This document shows, piece by piece, positions 32,362-43,437 of a DNA stretch of 64,000 nucleotides. The notes below the pieces were generated by a model. It searched no databases. It saw only the letters and a list, made by a program, of their open reading frames with translations, and had not been told where the DNA came from. The translations under genes were made by a program, and so were the position numbers. Source of the stretch: Nitrospirota bacterium (lineage in GTDB: Bacteria; Nitrospirota; UBA9217); contig CAWFSF010000005.1 in assembly GCA_963818475.1 (NCBI GenBank), forward strand, positions 704,001 to 768,000, given 5' to 3'. Within the stretch, counting starts at the first letter, position 1, and every line of letters begins with the position of its first letter.

Positions 32362-32460
32362 TAAAGGCAAAAGATCGGGGTAATTTCATCGAGAAAATAC
32401 CTTTGCCTGAAACGTGGAGGTGAGGCCGCCCATGGCTTCAATGAAAAAAAGCGCCGATGA

Positions 32461-32820
32461 TCACTGACTGACCAGCCACTCTTTTGCCAGGTCGGGCGTA
32501 TCGAACACGACCAGGTTCCGGCCGGAAAACTTAATGACCGCGTTGTAGATGATCTGTTTGAGGCCGGTAATGCCCACGACAGCGCCCGCTATTACATAGG
32601 GCGTGTTATGTTTCGCAAGTTCCTTCAAGGCCTGCGTTGACTCCGTGTTGAAGTTCATGTTCGTAACATCGGTCAATGTCCTTATGGATTTTGCCGGCTG
32701 TTTCGCGATCACACCCATTGCCGCCTTGCTGGCCTCGACCACTTCCTCAGGTTTCGCAAAGGTGAAATCGAGATGCAGTATCTGCTTCCCCTTGTGCTGA
32801 ATGAATTGAACACGTTCCAT
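32461..32820 (-). CDS. Hypothetical protein, STAS/SpoIIAA-like fold
   Basis: HKGKQILHLDF, LTDVT, AVVGITGLK, AKEWL. Confidence 0.65.
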   Translation of the reverse strand: MERVQFIQHKGKQILHLDFTFAKPEEVVEASKAAMGVIAKQPAKSIRTLTDVTNMNFNTESTQALKELAKHNTPYVIAGAVVGITGLKQIIYNAVIKFSGRNLVVFDTPDLAKEWLVSQ

Positions 32821-33028
32821 AGGTACTCCTTTTCATTATGGCATTCCTGTTCCCTGATGCATGATTATACAGACAAGGATAAATAATAACATACCCCGGT
32901 CAGGGTATTTTCGGGGGATAGGGATGGAAGGCCGGGCAGCTCAGTTCCTGGACACCCGCTTGCCTGGCGCATTAAATGATGGGTGATTTCATGCATGATG
33001 GTGCGCAAAAATGCCTGGAAACACGACG

Positions 33029-34335
33029 TCACTTTTCTGACGGCGTCCTTTTCTTCTTCTTTTTAGCGGGACCTGTTTTTTTCTTTGCCGGCGCCGAACG
33101 TTCCTTGCTCTGCTCGACCAGGACCGATGACGATTGCGCAGTGCTTACCACTGAACTGATAGTCGATGGCAGCACAGGGTGCGTGGTGGTGGCTGTCGAG
33201 GTCTCGGTCTCGCGCAGGACCGATGGCGGCGCTGTTTCCAATGGACGCGTCACCAGGGGCGCTCCGCTCGACGGCAGCGCGGGGACGACCGCGCGGGGCC
33301 GCATTAGCGTCCCGTCCGATTGCGTCCAGACGTAGAGTGCCGTCGCTCCCCCGGCAAGGAGCAGGGCTATTGCCGCTGCGGTAAAATACCTCCTGAAGCG
33401 CGCCATCGCCGGAATCTTCGAGGTGATGATCATGGTTTCCTCTTCCAGCGCCGCTTCGAACACCTTCATGCGCCACGAGGTAGTCCGCGATCCGCGTCAG
33501 TGAGGCGGCCTTCGTTGTCCTGCCGGCCAGCCGTTTTCCCAGTTTTTTCTCGACCTCAAGCATGGAATCGTAGCGCCGCTTCGGCTTCTTCCGGAGGCTC
33601 TTCTTGATTAGGCGCTGAATTGACCCGGGGGATGTCGCTGTTGACCCGGCGGGGGGCGCGGAACTTGTCCTTCAGGATCCTGGCGCTCACCGACCGCTCA
33701 TCGTCGTCAGCGAAGGGCTTCACGCCGGTCAGCATCTCGTACAGGACGATGCCGAAGGAAAAGATGTCGGACCGGGCATCGAGCTGCTGGCCGAGGATCT
33801 GTTCGGGCGACATGTACGCGGGGGTCCCGATAAGCGTGCCGGGCATGGTCAGGGATTCGAGGTTCCTGCTCTGGGCGATGCCGAAGTCCATGAGCTTGAC
33901 CTCGCCGTTCCGCTTGATCATGATGTTGCTCGGCTTGATGTCGCGGTGGACGAGCCCGCGCATATGCGCGTAGTCGAGGGCGTGGCATACCTGAATGGCG
34001 ATCATGATGCCGACATCGACGGGCAGCGCTCCGATCTTCTCGATGACATCCGCGAGGTTGGCGCCATCGACGTATTCCATCACGATGCAGTAGGTCGGCT
34101 TCTTCCAATAGTCATAGATATGGACGATGTTCTCGTGCTGGAGAGAGGCGGCCATTTTGCTTTCGCGTTCGAACCGGCGGACGATCTGGCCATCGGCATG
34201 GTAGGCCTTCTTCAGTTCCTTGATGGCCACCGACCGGTCGAGGGACTTTTGGACAGCCTTGTACACCGTCGCCATGCCGCCTGAACCGAGCTCGCCTTCT
34301 ATTTTATATTCATCTGATAGCTGTGGTCTTGGCAT
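33029..34335 (-). CDS. Membrane-anchored Ser/Thr protein kinase (frameshifted near 33560-33620)
   Basis: GSGGMATVY, VAIK, HRDIKPSN, DFG, GTPAYMSPE; TM and Pro/Ser/Lys-rich tail in the 33029-33469 frame. Confidence 0.9.
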
Positions 34336-34353
34336 AAGAAAACCTATAGCACC

Positions 34354-34473
34354 AAAAGGCGTCTCACGCGGAATCGCGGAGTACGCGGAGAAATAATATC
34401 TTTGATTTCTGGTTTTAAATCCATACGCTTAGCCGTTGAAGTTCTCTGCGATCTCCGCGTCTCCGCGTGAAAT
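34354..34473. repeat. 9-mer palindrome (cgcggag family)
   Basis: cacgcggaatcgcggagtacgcggaga ... tctctgcgatctccgcgtctccgcgtg. Confidence 0.75.
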
Positions 34474-34510
34474 ATTCTTTCCTGTTTGAGTAGAATTTGA
34501 CTCCTTAGTA

Positions 34511-35272
34511 CTAAACCTCGGTCACCCATACCACCACCGCGGTGATATTGTCCACCCCTCCCCGCTCGTTTGCCGCGGCCAGCAGCTTTTGAACAGCCTC
34601 TTGGGGAGAGGATGTCGCGAGGACCCTGCTGATATCCGCATCTGCCACCATCTCCGTCAGGCCGTCGGTGCACAGGAGGAACCGATCGTCCTTTTTCAGC
34701 GCATGGTTCGTGAGGTCCGCTTTCGCTTCCTCCGCGATGCCCAGCGCCCGGGTGATCACGTGGCGGTAGGGGCTCGATCGCGCCTGTTCCGGCGTAAAGG
34801 TCCCGGCACGGACCTGCTCAGCCACGAAGGAATGATCATTCGTCAGCTGGAGAAGCTTCCCTGCCCGGAAAAGATAGGCCCGGCTGTCGCCGATATGGGC
34901 AATAAATGCTTGTTTCTCCCTGAGGAGGAGCGCCGTCAGCGTGGTCCCCATGTTCGCAAGCCCCGGGTCCTGCGACCGTTGCTGATTGATCGCGCGGTTT
35001 GCCAGGGAGACCGATTCCCTGAGCGCGGATACTGATGGGGTGTCAGTGCGCACGCGTCCCATTGGCGGGGTCCGGTCTTTTTCGCCGAGCAGGTCCGGCA
35101 TCGCCTTAGCGAGCGTCTCCACGGCGATGCGGCTCGCGACCTCGCCGCCCTCGTTTCCCCCGATCCCGTCGGCGACCGCGTAGAGGCCCATCGCGTCGTT
35201 CAGGAGCAGGGCATCCTCGTTATTGGCCCGCTTCTTTCCGGGGTCCGTCCCGCCGAAGGCTGTCTTCTTCAT
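34511..35272 (-). CDS. PP2C-family Ser/Thr phosphatase (Stp1/PrpC-like)
   Basis: RANNED, VADGIGG, MGTT, HIGDSR, CTDGL, GGVDNIT. Confidence 0.93.
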   Translation of the reverse strand: MKKTAFGGTDPGKKRANNEDALLLNDAMGLYAVADGIGGNEGGEVASRIAVETLAKAMPDLLGEKDRTPPMGRVRTDTPSVSALRESVSLANRAINQQRSQDPGLANMGTTLTALLLREKQAFIAHIGDSRAYLFRAGKLLQLTNDHSFVAEQVRAGTFTPEQARSSPYRHVITRALGIAEEAKADLTNHALKKDDRFLLCTDGLTEMVADADISRVLATSSPQEAVQKLLAAANERGGVDNITAVVVWVTEV

Positions 35273-35673
35273 CAGGCGATCTCGTAGGTTCTGTCCCTGC
35301 CTGCGTCTTCGAGAATGAACTGGAGGGTGGTGTCCCCGACGCGGAACTTGTCGCCGTGGCGCAATTTTCTCTGCCGTATGGAGGCCCCCCCCATGTGTGT
35401 GCCGTTCGTGCTGTCCAGGTCCTTGAGAAGAAAAACGCCTTCATGATACATGATCACTGCGTGTTCCCGGGAAGCGAGGGGGTCCTTGATCCGGACCTGG
35501 GCGTTCGCGCCCCTGCCGATCACCGCGTATGCCTTGGCGATCGGATATTCCATTCCTTCACCATACCCCTGGGTGATCACCACCGAGGCCTGAAACCGCG
35601 CGGGTACTTTTTTCGTCGTCGGGGAAGGCTGCAGGATCTGCGTTCTGTCACTCTTTGGTTGTGGGTCAGTCAT
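35272..35673 (-). CDS. FHA domain protein
   Basis: [16 protein letters not shown]. Confidence 0.9.
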   Translation of the reverse strand: MTDPQPKSDRTQILQPSPTTKKVPARFQASVVITQGYGEGMEYPIAKAYAVIGRGANAQVRIKDPLASREHAVIMYHEGVFLLKDLDSTNGTHMGGASIRQRKLRHGDKFRVGDTTLQFILEDAGRDRTYEIA

Positions 35674-35801
35674 CGGTTCCCTCCGGGGTTGTCATGGGAT
35701 AGGTGAAATCATAGGATAATACCGGATAAACGTCAAGTTCAAAGCATGGGGTCCTGGCGTGCTGTCCACGCACAGATTCAACTTAAAAGGGCAAGATTGT
35801 T

Positions 35802-35955
35802 TCTCGCAGAGGCGCAGAGAACGCGGAGAAATTCAACTGCTAAGCTAAGGTTTTAAAACTGAAATAAAAAAGATACTGCTTTTCTCTGCGCACTCTGCGT
35901 CTCCGCGAGAGACGCCTTTTCGCTTCGGCCTTCGGGTCCGGCTTGCCGGTTTAAG
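35802..35955. repeat. 9-mer palindrome plus degenerate TCCGGCTTG cap
   Basis: tctcgcagaggcgcagagaacgcggaga ... tctctgcgcactctgcgtctccgcgaga; tccggcttgccggtttaag. Confidence 0.75.
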
Positions 35956-35992
35956 TATTATCATTTCTACCGTCTTATGATACAATCTCGAT

Positions 35993-37339
35993 ATGAAAAA
36001 ATCAGCCTCAGGGAAAGCTCGCCCGGGGAGCAAGGCCGACCAGACCCAGGTGTTGTCCGGGCCGAGCCAGAAACCGCTCATCCTCAAGAAGGCGCGGTTC
36101 AAAGTGACCAGCGGCAGGGACGCGGGCAAAGAGATGGTGCTGCAGAAAACCCATATCTCGATCGGCACGTTCCCGGAGAACGACCTTGTTCTCACCGATG
36201 CCACGGTATCGCGAAAACACGCCGTAGTTGAAGAACGGCCTGACGGCTACCTGTTGCGGGACCTCGACAGCACGAACGGCACGTTTCTCGACAACGTAAG
36301 AATACGCGAAGGATACATCACCCCGGGTTCGGTCATTCGCCTTGGCCAGACGGAGATCTCTTTTTCGCCGCTGGAAGAGCGCTTCGAGGTCCTGAAGAGC
36401 TCCTCGGAACACTTCGGCGGGCTCATCGGATCTTCTCCGCTCATGCGGGAGGTCTACGGCTTTCTCGAACGCATCGCGCCCACGGATGTGACCGTCCTGC
36501 TCGAAGGCGAGACCGGCACGGGCAAAGAGCTTGCGGCGCGGGCCATCCATGCCCACAGCCGCAGGGCCAACAGCCCCTTTGTCGTGTTCGACTGCGGTGC
36601 TGTGGCGCCGAACCTCATTGAAAGCGAGCTCTTCGGCCACGAGAAAGGCGCATTCACGGACGCGGTCAAGGCCCGGCAGGGTTCCTTCGAGCTTGCGGAC
36701 AACGGCACGCTCTTTCTCGACGAGATCGGGGAACTCTCCCTCGACCTTCAGCCGAAGCTCCTGCGCGCCCTGGACCAGCGCGAAACCAAGCGGGTGGGCG
36801 CCGACAAACCCGTGGCAGTGAATGTCCGCGTCATCTCCGCCACGAACAAAGACCTTGAACAGGAGGTCAAAGCCGGACGGTTTCGCGAGGACCTGTACTA
36901 TCGCCTCTCGGTGGTGCGCGTGAACATGCCTCCCCTCCGGAAGAGGAAAGAGGACATCGAAACGATCGCCGTGCAGGCGCTCGCGGGTATCTCCGCGGAG
37001 ATACACAAAAAGATCACCGGCCTCTCCCCCGAGGCCGCAACAGCGCTCACGGCCTATTCCTGGCCCGGCAACGTGCGGGAACTGAAAAACGTCCTGGGAC
37101 GGGCAGCCGCCCTCTCCGACAGCGGCAGGATCGAGCCCAAGGACCTGTTCCTCACCCAGGGAAAGAAAACAAACACGCTTGACGGACTGAGCGGCAAGAC
37201 GCTCGAAGAGGTCGAAAAAGCCGCCATTTCCGCCACGCTTCAGTCCGTGTCGGGCAACAAGACCGAAGCCGCAAAAATGCTCGGCATCGCCTATTCAACG
37301 CTGTATGAGAAGATGAAGAAGTACGGCATGCGGGAGTAG
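35993..37339 (+). CDS. FHA-domain sigma54-dependent activator (FHA-AAA+-Fis HTH)
   Basis: [16 protein letters not shown]; [39 protein letters not shown]; C-terminal HTH. Confidence 0.93.
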   Translation: MKKSASGKARPGSKADQTQVLSGPSQKPLILKKARFKVTSGRDAGKEMVLQKTHISIGTFPENDLVLTDATVSRKHAVVEERPDGYLLRDLDSTNGTFLDNVRIREGYITPGSVIRLGQTEISFSPLEERFEVLKSSSEHFGGLIGSSPLMREVYGFLERIAPTDVTVLLEGETGTGKELAARAIHAHSRRANSPFVVFDCGAVAPNLIESELFGHEKGAFTDAVKARQGSFELADNGTLFLDEIGELSLDLQPKLLRALDQRETKRVGADKPVAVNVRVISATNKDLEQEVKAGRFREDLYYRLSVVRVNMPPLRKRKEDIETIAVQALAGISAEIHKKITGLSPEAATALTAYSWPGNVRELKNVLGRAAALSDSGRIEPKDLFLTQGKKTNTLDGLSGKTLEEVEKAAISATLQSVSGNKTEAAKMLGIAYSTLYEKMKKYGMRE

Positions 37340-37377
37340 ACGCAAAGAAATAAAGATAATAATTAGACCAAAGCTTC

Positions 37378-37478
37378 GTCTCTCGCAGAGGCGCCAAGGT
37401 CGCAAAGAGAAGCAAAGCCTTCGGGTGAAAACCAAGACTTAGAGATTTCCTTTGCGTCCTTTGCGCCTTTGCGAGAAA
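37378..37478. repeat. 9-mer palindrome between convergent genes
   Basis: tctcgcagaggcgccaaggtcgcaaag ... ctttgcgtcctttgcgcctttgcgaga. Confidence 0.75.
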
Positions 37479-37539
37479 ACGCTTTGCTTTGTCCCGTCCC
37501 GCCCTTAGTCAACTGTATCCGGCAAGACCCGAACTTCCC

Positions 37540-38727
37540 CTATCGCATCATCACCAGAACCGCGATCACCGCTGCAAGTACCGTTGCTTCGATCAGCATC
37601 CACGGCCATGACCTTCTGAGCACCAGGCGGGGCCTCACGGTGCCCGCATCGGTCCTGACGATAATATGCGTCTGGTACTCCCGTCCCGGCCTGAGCATGC
37701 TGCTCTCCACGCGGAACAGCAGCCGGCTGACCTCAGGGCCGAACGAGACCGGCTTCGGCCGTATCCAGCGATCGTCACTGGACAGCGTCCCGGTCGTCCC
37801 GCTCAGCCCGAGGGCCATCACCGGAACGCTCACCCAGGAGGTCTTATTCCACCACGGGAGCCTGATCAGCTTTCCCGGTCTGGCGTAAATGATCTTTCCT
37901 TTTCCCTTTCCCTGCTCCGGCCGTTTCAGCAAAACTTTCTGGATGGCAAGCTTCATCTCGAGAGCGCTCTGAAAACGCTTTTCAATGTCCCGTGCCAGCG
38001 CATGTTGGATGAGCGCCGCGGTCTCGCGGCTGAGGCGGGGGTTCAGGCTCCCGGGTGCCGGAAAGTCCAGCGGGTTCTCCGCGGGGTTTCTGCCCGTAAC
38101 ACAGCGGTGCAGGGTCGCGCCGAGGGAGAAGATGTCCGAGCGCGCGTCGGTCTGGCCCGTGCCGTATTGCTCGGGCGCGGCATATCCCGGCGTGCCGTAC
38201 ACATAGGTATCTTCCTCCTTGTCCTCCTTGAAGAACCGCGCGATGCCGAAATCGATGAGCTTTATCCTGTTGTCGCGGCTGATCATGATGTTTGCGGGCT
38301 TGAGGTCCCGGAATACGATCGGCCGCGGCCTCTGCACGCTTAAGAAATGCATGGCCCTGCAGATCTGGAGCGCCCAGGACAGCGCGAGCCGCTCGTCCAC
38401 GGGTTTCCCGCGCCGTGCGGAAAGGACCTGTTCGAGCGTGCTGCCCTTGATGTACTCCATCACGATGTAATGCGCTCCGGTCAGGGAGAAGTAATCATAG
38501 ACCTTCGGCAGGTTCGGGTGCGTGAGCCGCGCCAGGATCTGCGCCTCGGTCTGGAACTGGATCAGCGCTTCCCGCGACTTCTCTTCGGACAGCTTGCCGG
38601 GCCGGAGCTCCTTGATCGCCAGGACCCTGCCTCCCTGCTGACGGTCCAGGACCTTGTATACGCATCCCATCCCGCCCTTGCCGAGGACCCCGATGATCTC
38701 GTATCGTTTTTTGAGAAGTCGTTTCAT
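37540..38727 (-). CDS. Ser/Thr protein kinase with C-terminal Ig-like segment and TM anchor
   Basis: GKGGMGCVY, LAIKE, FRDLKPAN, DFG, GTPGYAAPEQ. Confidence 0.92.
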   Translation of the reverse strand: MKRLLKKRYEIIGVLGKGGMGCVYKVLDRQQGGRVLAIKELRPGKLSEEKSREALIQFQTEAQILARLTHPNLPKVYDYFSLTGAHYIVMEYIKGSTLEQVLSARRGKPVDERLALSWALQICRAMHFLSVQRPRPIVFRDLKPANIMISRDNRIKLIDFGIARFFKEDKEEDTYVYGTPGYAAPEQYGTGQTDARSDIFSLGATLHRCVTGRNPAENPLDFPAPGSLNPRLSRETAALIQHALARDIEKRFQSALEMKLAIQKVLLKRPEQGKGKGKIIYARPGKLIRLPWWNKTSWVSVPVMALGLSGTTGTLSSDDRWIRPKPVSFGPEVSRLLFRVESSMLRPGREYQTHIIVRTDAGTVRPRLVLRRSWPWMLIEATVLAAVIAVLVMMR

Positions 38728-38756
38728 ATGCGTGTGCGGCTATGATCGCAGCCGAT

Positions 38757-38935
38757 CCCCCCTCACCTCGGTCCTCTCCCTCGTCGGGGAGAGGAGCCCC
38801 TGACCCGGACAAACCGGAATATGAACCTTTGAACCGCGAGGGCGCGAGGGACGCGAAGGAAATCGTGTAGATCCTGTATTAAAGCAAGTCCTCCTGTTTT
38901 TGACGTCCTCGCGACCCTCGCGCCTTCGCGGTAAA
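38757..38935. repeat. Three stacked REP-like elements
   Basis: ccctcacctcggtcctctccc..gggagagg hairpin; cctgacccggacaaaccgga; accgcgagggcgcgaggg ... ccctcgcgccttcgcggt. Confidence 0.7.
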
Positions 38936-38958
38936 TGTTCTTGCCGTTTTGGGTAGAA

Positions 38959-41258
38959 TTAGATTCCTTTGTAACTAACATCAGCCGCCTTCACCCCGCA
39001 CTGCCAGCAGAATTTTGCGCCCACTCTCAGGGAACTGCCGCAGCCTGCGCAGGTCCTTTTGCTTTGTTCGCTGAACACGATCGTGGAATTGCCGACATTG
39101 ATGACATCTCCGTCTTCGAGCACCTGCCTGTATGCAACGGGTTTTTTGTTCACCAGGGTGCCGGTCTCGGAGCCCTTGTCCTCAATAACGTAGCGGCCGT
39201 TCTCCAGCATGACCTCGGCATGGTGCTGCGAGATGTCCTGGTCCTTGAAAAGACCGAGCGTGTTCTGCTCGTCCCTGCCGATGGTAACGGTCGAGCCGAT
39301 GTCAATGTCCTTCTTCGTTCCCTGGCCCCGAACCAGGCTCAGGTGGCCCGTCTGGTACTGTTGGTCGATCTTCCTGAGCGACAGCTTTACGAATCCCAGG
39401 ATGCTCATAAGCGGGATGGCAAAAGCCCAGGTTGGCGGCTTGGCGCCCGCGCCAAAGAGGGACGACTCAGGCTGGAAATAGGCGCGCACCGTGCGTTCTC
39501 CGGTACCGAGCACGATCGTCACGCTCCTGAGATAGTCGGCCCGCTTCTGCGTACGGTAGGTGATGACGTACTCGTTATGTATCCTGTTGCTGATGGTCGA
39601 ATAGATGTCGGCCAGTCCGTCGGCCAGGGGCGTGTAATAATAGGTGCCGCCTGTGTTTTTGGCGATCCCTTCAAGCCGCGCGGTCCTGACGTCATTTCCG
39701 AGGCCGATCACGGAAACCGAAACGTATGCCTTGGTCGCCGTCTCGATCGCCTGGTTAAGGTCGATGGCGCCGCGGTTCGCTATCCCATCGGTCAGAACGA
39801 TCACTGCCCTCCGGCCCGAGACGCCGCGGAGCGATTCCACACCGCGGGCGATCGCATCAAAGAGCGCCGTATGGCCGCCTGGCTGAATGTTCAGCACGAC
39901 GCTCCGGAGATCTTCCTGGCTGTTGGCCAGAGGCTCCAGCGCGTCCACCTGATCGCTGAATGAAAAGAGCGCCACACGGTCGCCGGGTTCCATGAGCGAG
40001 ATGAAGCGAAGCACCGACTCCTTTGCACGCTCGAGCTTTTCGCCGGTCATGGATCCGCTCCGGTCCAGCACGATCGCAAGGCTGAGCGGATCGCGAAGGC
40101 CGCCCGCCCCGGCCGGCTGCAGACTGTCGATCGCAACGTCCTCCTTATTTTCAGTGATCGTCACCTGCTCCTTCGCCAGCCCCCGGACCGGTTTGCCGTT
40201 CGCGTCAAGCACGGAAACATAGGCCTTGACCTGCGGAAAATTTCCCAGATCGAACTGCGTGATCTGGAGCGATGCCGGCCCGTCCGCCTGCGCCGCCATT
40301 CCACCTCCGGCCATCCCGAAGAGGGTGATCAGCAATATCGCGGCCATTGCCGCGGCTTTCTCGGCAACCCTGACTGCCGCCTGCTTGACCGCGGTGAACA
40401 GGAGGAGGACGCTGCCCACGCGCACCACATCGCCGTCCGTGAGACTGCTGCTGTGCGTCATTTTCTGGTTCACGTACACGGCCGTTCCCCGCTCGTCGGT
40501 CTCGATGGAGAAGCGACCCTTGTTCCGCTTGATGACGGCGTGCTGCAGGCCCACACCTTCCGCGCCGGAAAGGCATACATCGGAGCGGTCGTCCCGGCCC
40601 ACCGCGTTCAGGTCCTTCAGGAGCGGGAAGGCCCTGCCGAGGTGCCTTCCCTTGACGACCTTCAGGGTCGCCGAAACAAAGGCCTCTTCAACAAGGCTGA
40701 TGAATGCTCCGATGGACATCCCGAGAAACATGAGCCCGGCAAGGGCCGACCACAGGGAGGTCGCGGACAGCTCATAGAACAGCGCCCCGCCGAACAATCC
40801 GCCGAGCGCGCCGCCGAGGAACCCGTAGAAGGCCCGCTCGCGGGAGCGTATCATCAGGCCGCCGGTCAGCCCCACTATTGCGCCGAGAATGGCCCAACCG
40901 AGAGCCACCGAAAGAGCCATGCCGAGCGACGCAGTGAATCCGCCATATTCGGCCACGATCATGCCGAGTGCGGCGAAGGTCGTATTACCCAGGGCCGCGC
41001 CTGCCGCGCCGCCGCAGAGGCCGGCAGCAGCGCCGTATGCCGCGCGCTTCATCGCTGTCCGGAACTGCCTGCCGGAAAGCGCCTCGTGGCTCCAGATAAA
41101 GGCGCCGATGAACATGCCCGCAAGCGCGCCGAGCATGATCTCCGTCGCAGCCCTTGATCGGCTGCCGCTGACAGCCAAAGAATGAATATCCAGGCAGCCG
41201 AGCCGCCGAGACCGCCCGCAGCGCCGTACAGGATCGTTTTATGTGAGAGTCTGTTCAT
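38959..41258 (-). CDS. Multi-TM FHA-vWA-FHA-zinc-ribbon protein (frameshift near 41180)
   Basis: Gly-rich TM helices; degenerate FHA (VGRD..HA); MIDAS DRSGSM, TALFDA, LTDG; FHA IGRD/SQHHA; CAGC..CWQC. Confidence 0.85.
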
Positions 41259-41277
41259 AGTGGCTCCTTTGCACATC

Positions 41278-41390
41278 AGTAGCAAGTAGCAAGGGTCAAG
41301 TAGCAAGGGGAGCAGAATTCTGTAGCAAGTAGCTGGAAATCCCTTGCTACTCGCCCTTACCTTGCCACTTGCTACTTGCCACTTGCCCCT
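41278..41390. repeat. 7-mer array palindrome
   Basis: agtagca-agtagca-agggtca-agtagca ... ttgccac-ttgctac-ttgccac-ttgcccc. Confidence 0.8.
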
Positions 41391-41394
41391 GCCC

Positions 41395-41838
41395 TTACGC
41401 CGCCTGCAGCGTCAGCGCCAGTTTGCCGAACCTGAGCTCATCGCCCGCCTTGATCGTCTGCGGAGCGTGGGGCTGGATCTTCTTCTTGTTGAGGTAGGTC
41501 CCGTTGGTGGACCCCATGTCCTCGACCGTATAAGCCGCGCCTGCGCGATGAATGACCGCATGTTTGCGCGACACGCCTTTTTCCATGCCACCGAGTCCGG
41601 TCAGATCCAGATCCGGGAACATTTCGCTGATCGGGTCTTCCCTGCCGACAACGATCTCATCCTTGGCCGGCATCTCCAACCTGCTCCCGTCCGAGGACGC
41701 GAGTACCAGGGTTGTCCCTTCGCCTTCCGATTCAACGGCGCTATCCTTACTGTCGCTCATTGCTTCAAGCTTTACGCCGCACTCCTCGCAAAAGAGCGCA
41801 CCTTCTATGTTTTCCGTCTGACATGCTGTGCATTTCAT
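41395..41838 (-). CDS. Zinc-ribbon + FHA domain protein
   Basis: CTAC..CEEC; VGRED, GVSRKHA, DMGSTNGT. Confidence 0.9.
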   Translation of the reverse strand: MKCTACQTENIEGALFCEECGVKLEAMSDSKDSAVESEGEGTTLVLASSDGSRLEMPAKDEIVVGREDPISEMFPDLDLTGLGGMEKGVSRKHAVIHRAGAAYTVEDMGSTNGTYLNKKKIQPHAPQTIKAGDELRFGKLALTLQAA

Positions 41839-41859
41839 GGTAGTTTCCTCCCGTTTTTA

Positions 41860-41990
41860 ATTTCGGATTTCGGATTATATTTGCCTTTACTGGACACTGA
41901 ATCCTGGCCCCTGGACCCTGCCCCCCCGAACCTTGCTACTTGCTACTTGCCCCTACACCCGCACCCCGTACCCCGGACCGCCTGAACCCT
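41860..41990. repeat. 7-mer arrays
   Basis: atttcggatttcggatt; cctggcc-cctggac; ttgctac-ttgctac-ttgcccc. Confidence 0.7.
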
Positions 41991-43231
41991 GCCCCCCAGC
42001 TTCCGCGTGCCGTATTCCAGCTTCTTGGTCCCCGCCGCCGTGAGCGCACCCGTCTTCCTGAGCGAGAGGATCTCCCTTTCCGCTGCCGCTGCCAGGTCGT
42101 CCTCTCCCAGGTTCAGCAGCACCGTTGCCGCTGACTGCAGCTTCTGCGTCGCTGCCAGCAATGTTGCCCGCTTCTAACTCGGTAAGCGCTCTGGTCTGGA
42201 GCTTGAACGCGCTGATCTTCTCAACAAGGTTCATGACCTCTGCGTTCACTTTTGCCGCAGCCGCGGCGTCGGCGCTCACGGTGATGAACAGGTCCGTTTT
42301 TACGCTTTGCCCCTTGACGCCCTGCGACGGTATGTCATAGGTGGCCTCCACCTGGCCCAGTTGGAACTTGCCCGCTTTCCGTGCCGGTATGCGCGATTCG
42401 ATCAGCAAGAGCCTGGCCTTTTTTGCCGTCCAGCGATCCGAGGTCGGCGATGATGGAACCGCTGCTCACTACTTTACGGGTCACATCGGAGATCATCGGA
42501 ACCGTCGAGTGCACCTTGAACGGCCTTACCCCGGCGCTCATGCGGGCCGTGATCTTGAGGTTCGTTGCAGCAACGGCCTGCATGCCTTCCATCTCTTGCT
42601 GAAATGCATCGAGGACGGCGATGGGGTTCTGGATCCAATGCGAATTGCCATGAGACCGCTCCGCAAGCTGGAGCAGGAGCTTCTCGTTCCATTCATTGCC
42701 GATGCCGATGCTCGTGATCGCGATGCCCTGTTTTCCCGCCTCTTCGGCAAGCTTGAGGCAGGCGTCCTCGTCATCCCAGGTCTGTCCGTCCGTAAGCAGG
42801 AGGATCCGGTTCACGCGGTCCTTGGCATACCCCTTCATGACCTCGGCCAGTCCGGCCTTAAGCCCGTCCGATATCTGCGTGCCGCCCCGCGGGATCACGT
42901 TGGCAATCGCTGCCTTGATCGCTTCGCGGTTCTTCGCCGCCTGGTTCGGTATCAGCGTCTCGACCTGGTCGTCGAAGATCGTGACGGAGACAAGGTCGGC
43001 ATCGCTCAAATGGTCCACGACGTAGCCGATCGCTTCTTTCACGTTGTCCATCTTTTCGCCGTCCATGGACCCGCTCCGGTCCAGCACCAGGGCGAAGTTC
43101 GCCGGCATCATGCCGAGCAGTGCCCCGCCCTTGGACTTGATGTCTATCAGCGTGTAGATCGCCTGTTCCGTTTCAGTTGCCGATACAGTGTCCTTGCTCA
43201 TAACGCACCGTACGTTCAATTCGTTCTTCAT
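41943..43231 (-). CDS. vWA domain protein with helical C-terminal tail (frameshifted)
   Basis: LDRSGSM, GGT, LLTDGQT, IGIGNEWNE; tail ATQKLQSAATVLLNLGE..TKKLEYGTRKL. Confidence 0.85.
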
Positions 43232-43283
43232 GGTAAATACCTCCCTTTAATTTACAGTGCAGCCTGAAGTCTTCGCTGCAAGC

Positions 43284-43437
43284 CGCGCATTCCGCGATGC
43301 CCATTGCGCATTTTTTTATCCCCAATACCCATTTCCCGATCCGCATTACATATTCCGCATTCAGCATTTTCATCTCCATATCCCGGACCCTGTCACCTTG
43401 CTCCTTGCTACTCGCCCCTCCCGGACCCTGGACCCTA
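43284..43437. repeat. 7-mer arrays
   Basis: cgcattc/cgcatta/agcattt units, then ccttgct-ccttgct and ccggacc-ctggacc units. Confidence 0.7.

Noticed and set aside
858-43267. Long antisense ORFs (e.g. 858-1820, 3967-5034, 27898-29013, 36008-37006, 38935-39963, 42341-43267)
   Set aside because: Shadow frames of GC-rich genes on the opposite strand, with no recognisable motifs.
34354-43437. Intergenic repeats as a CRISPR array
   Set aside because: No constant repeat with unique equal-length spacers, and no cas genes.
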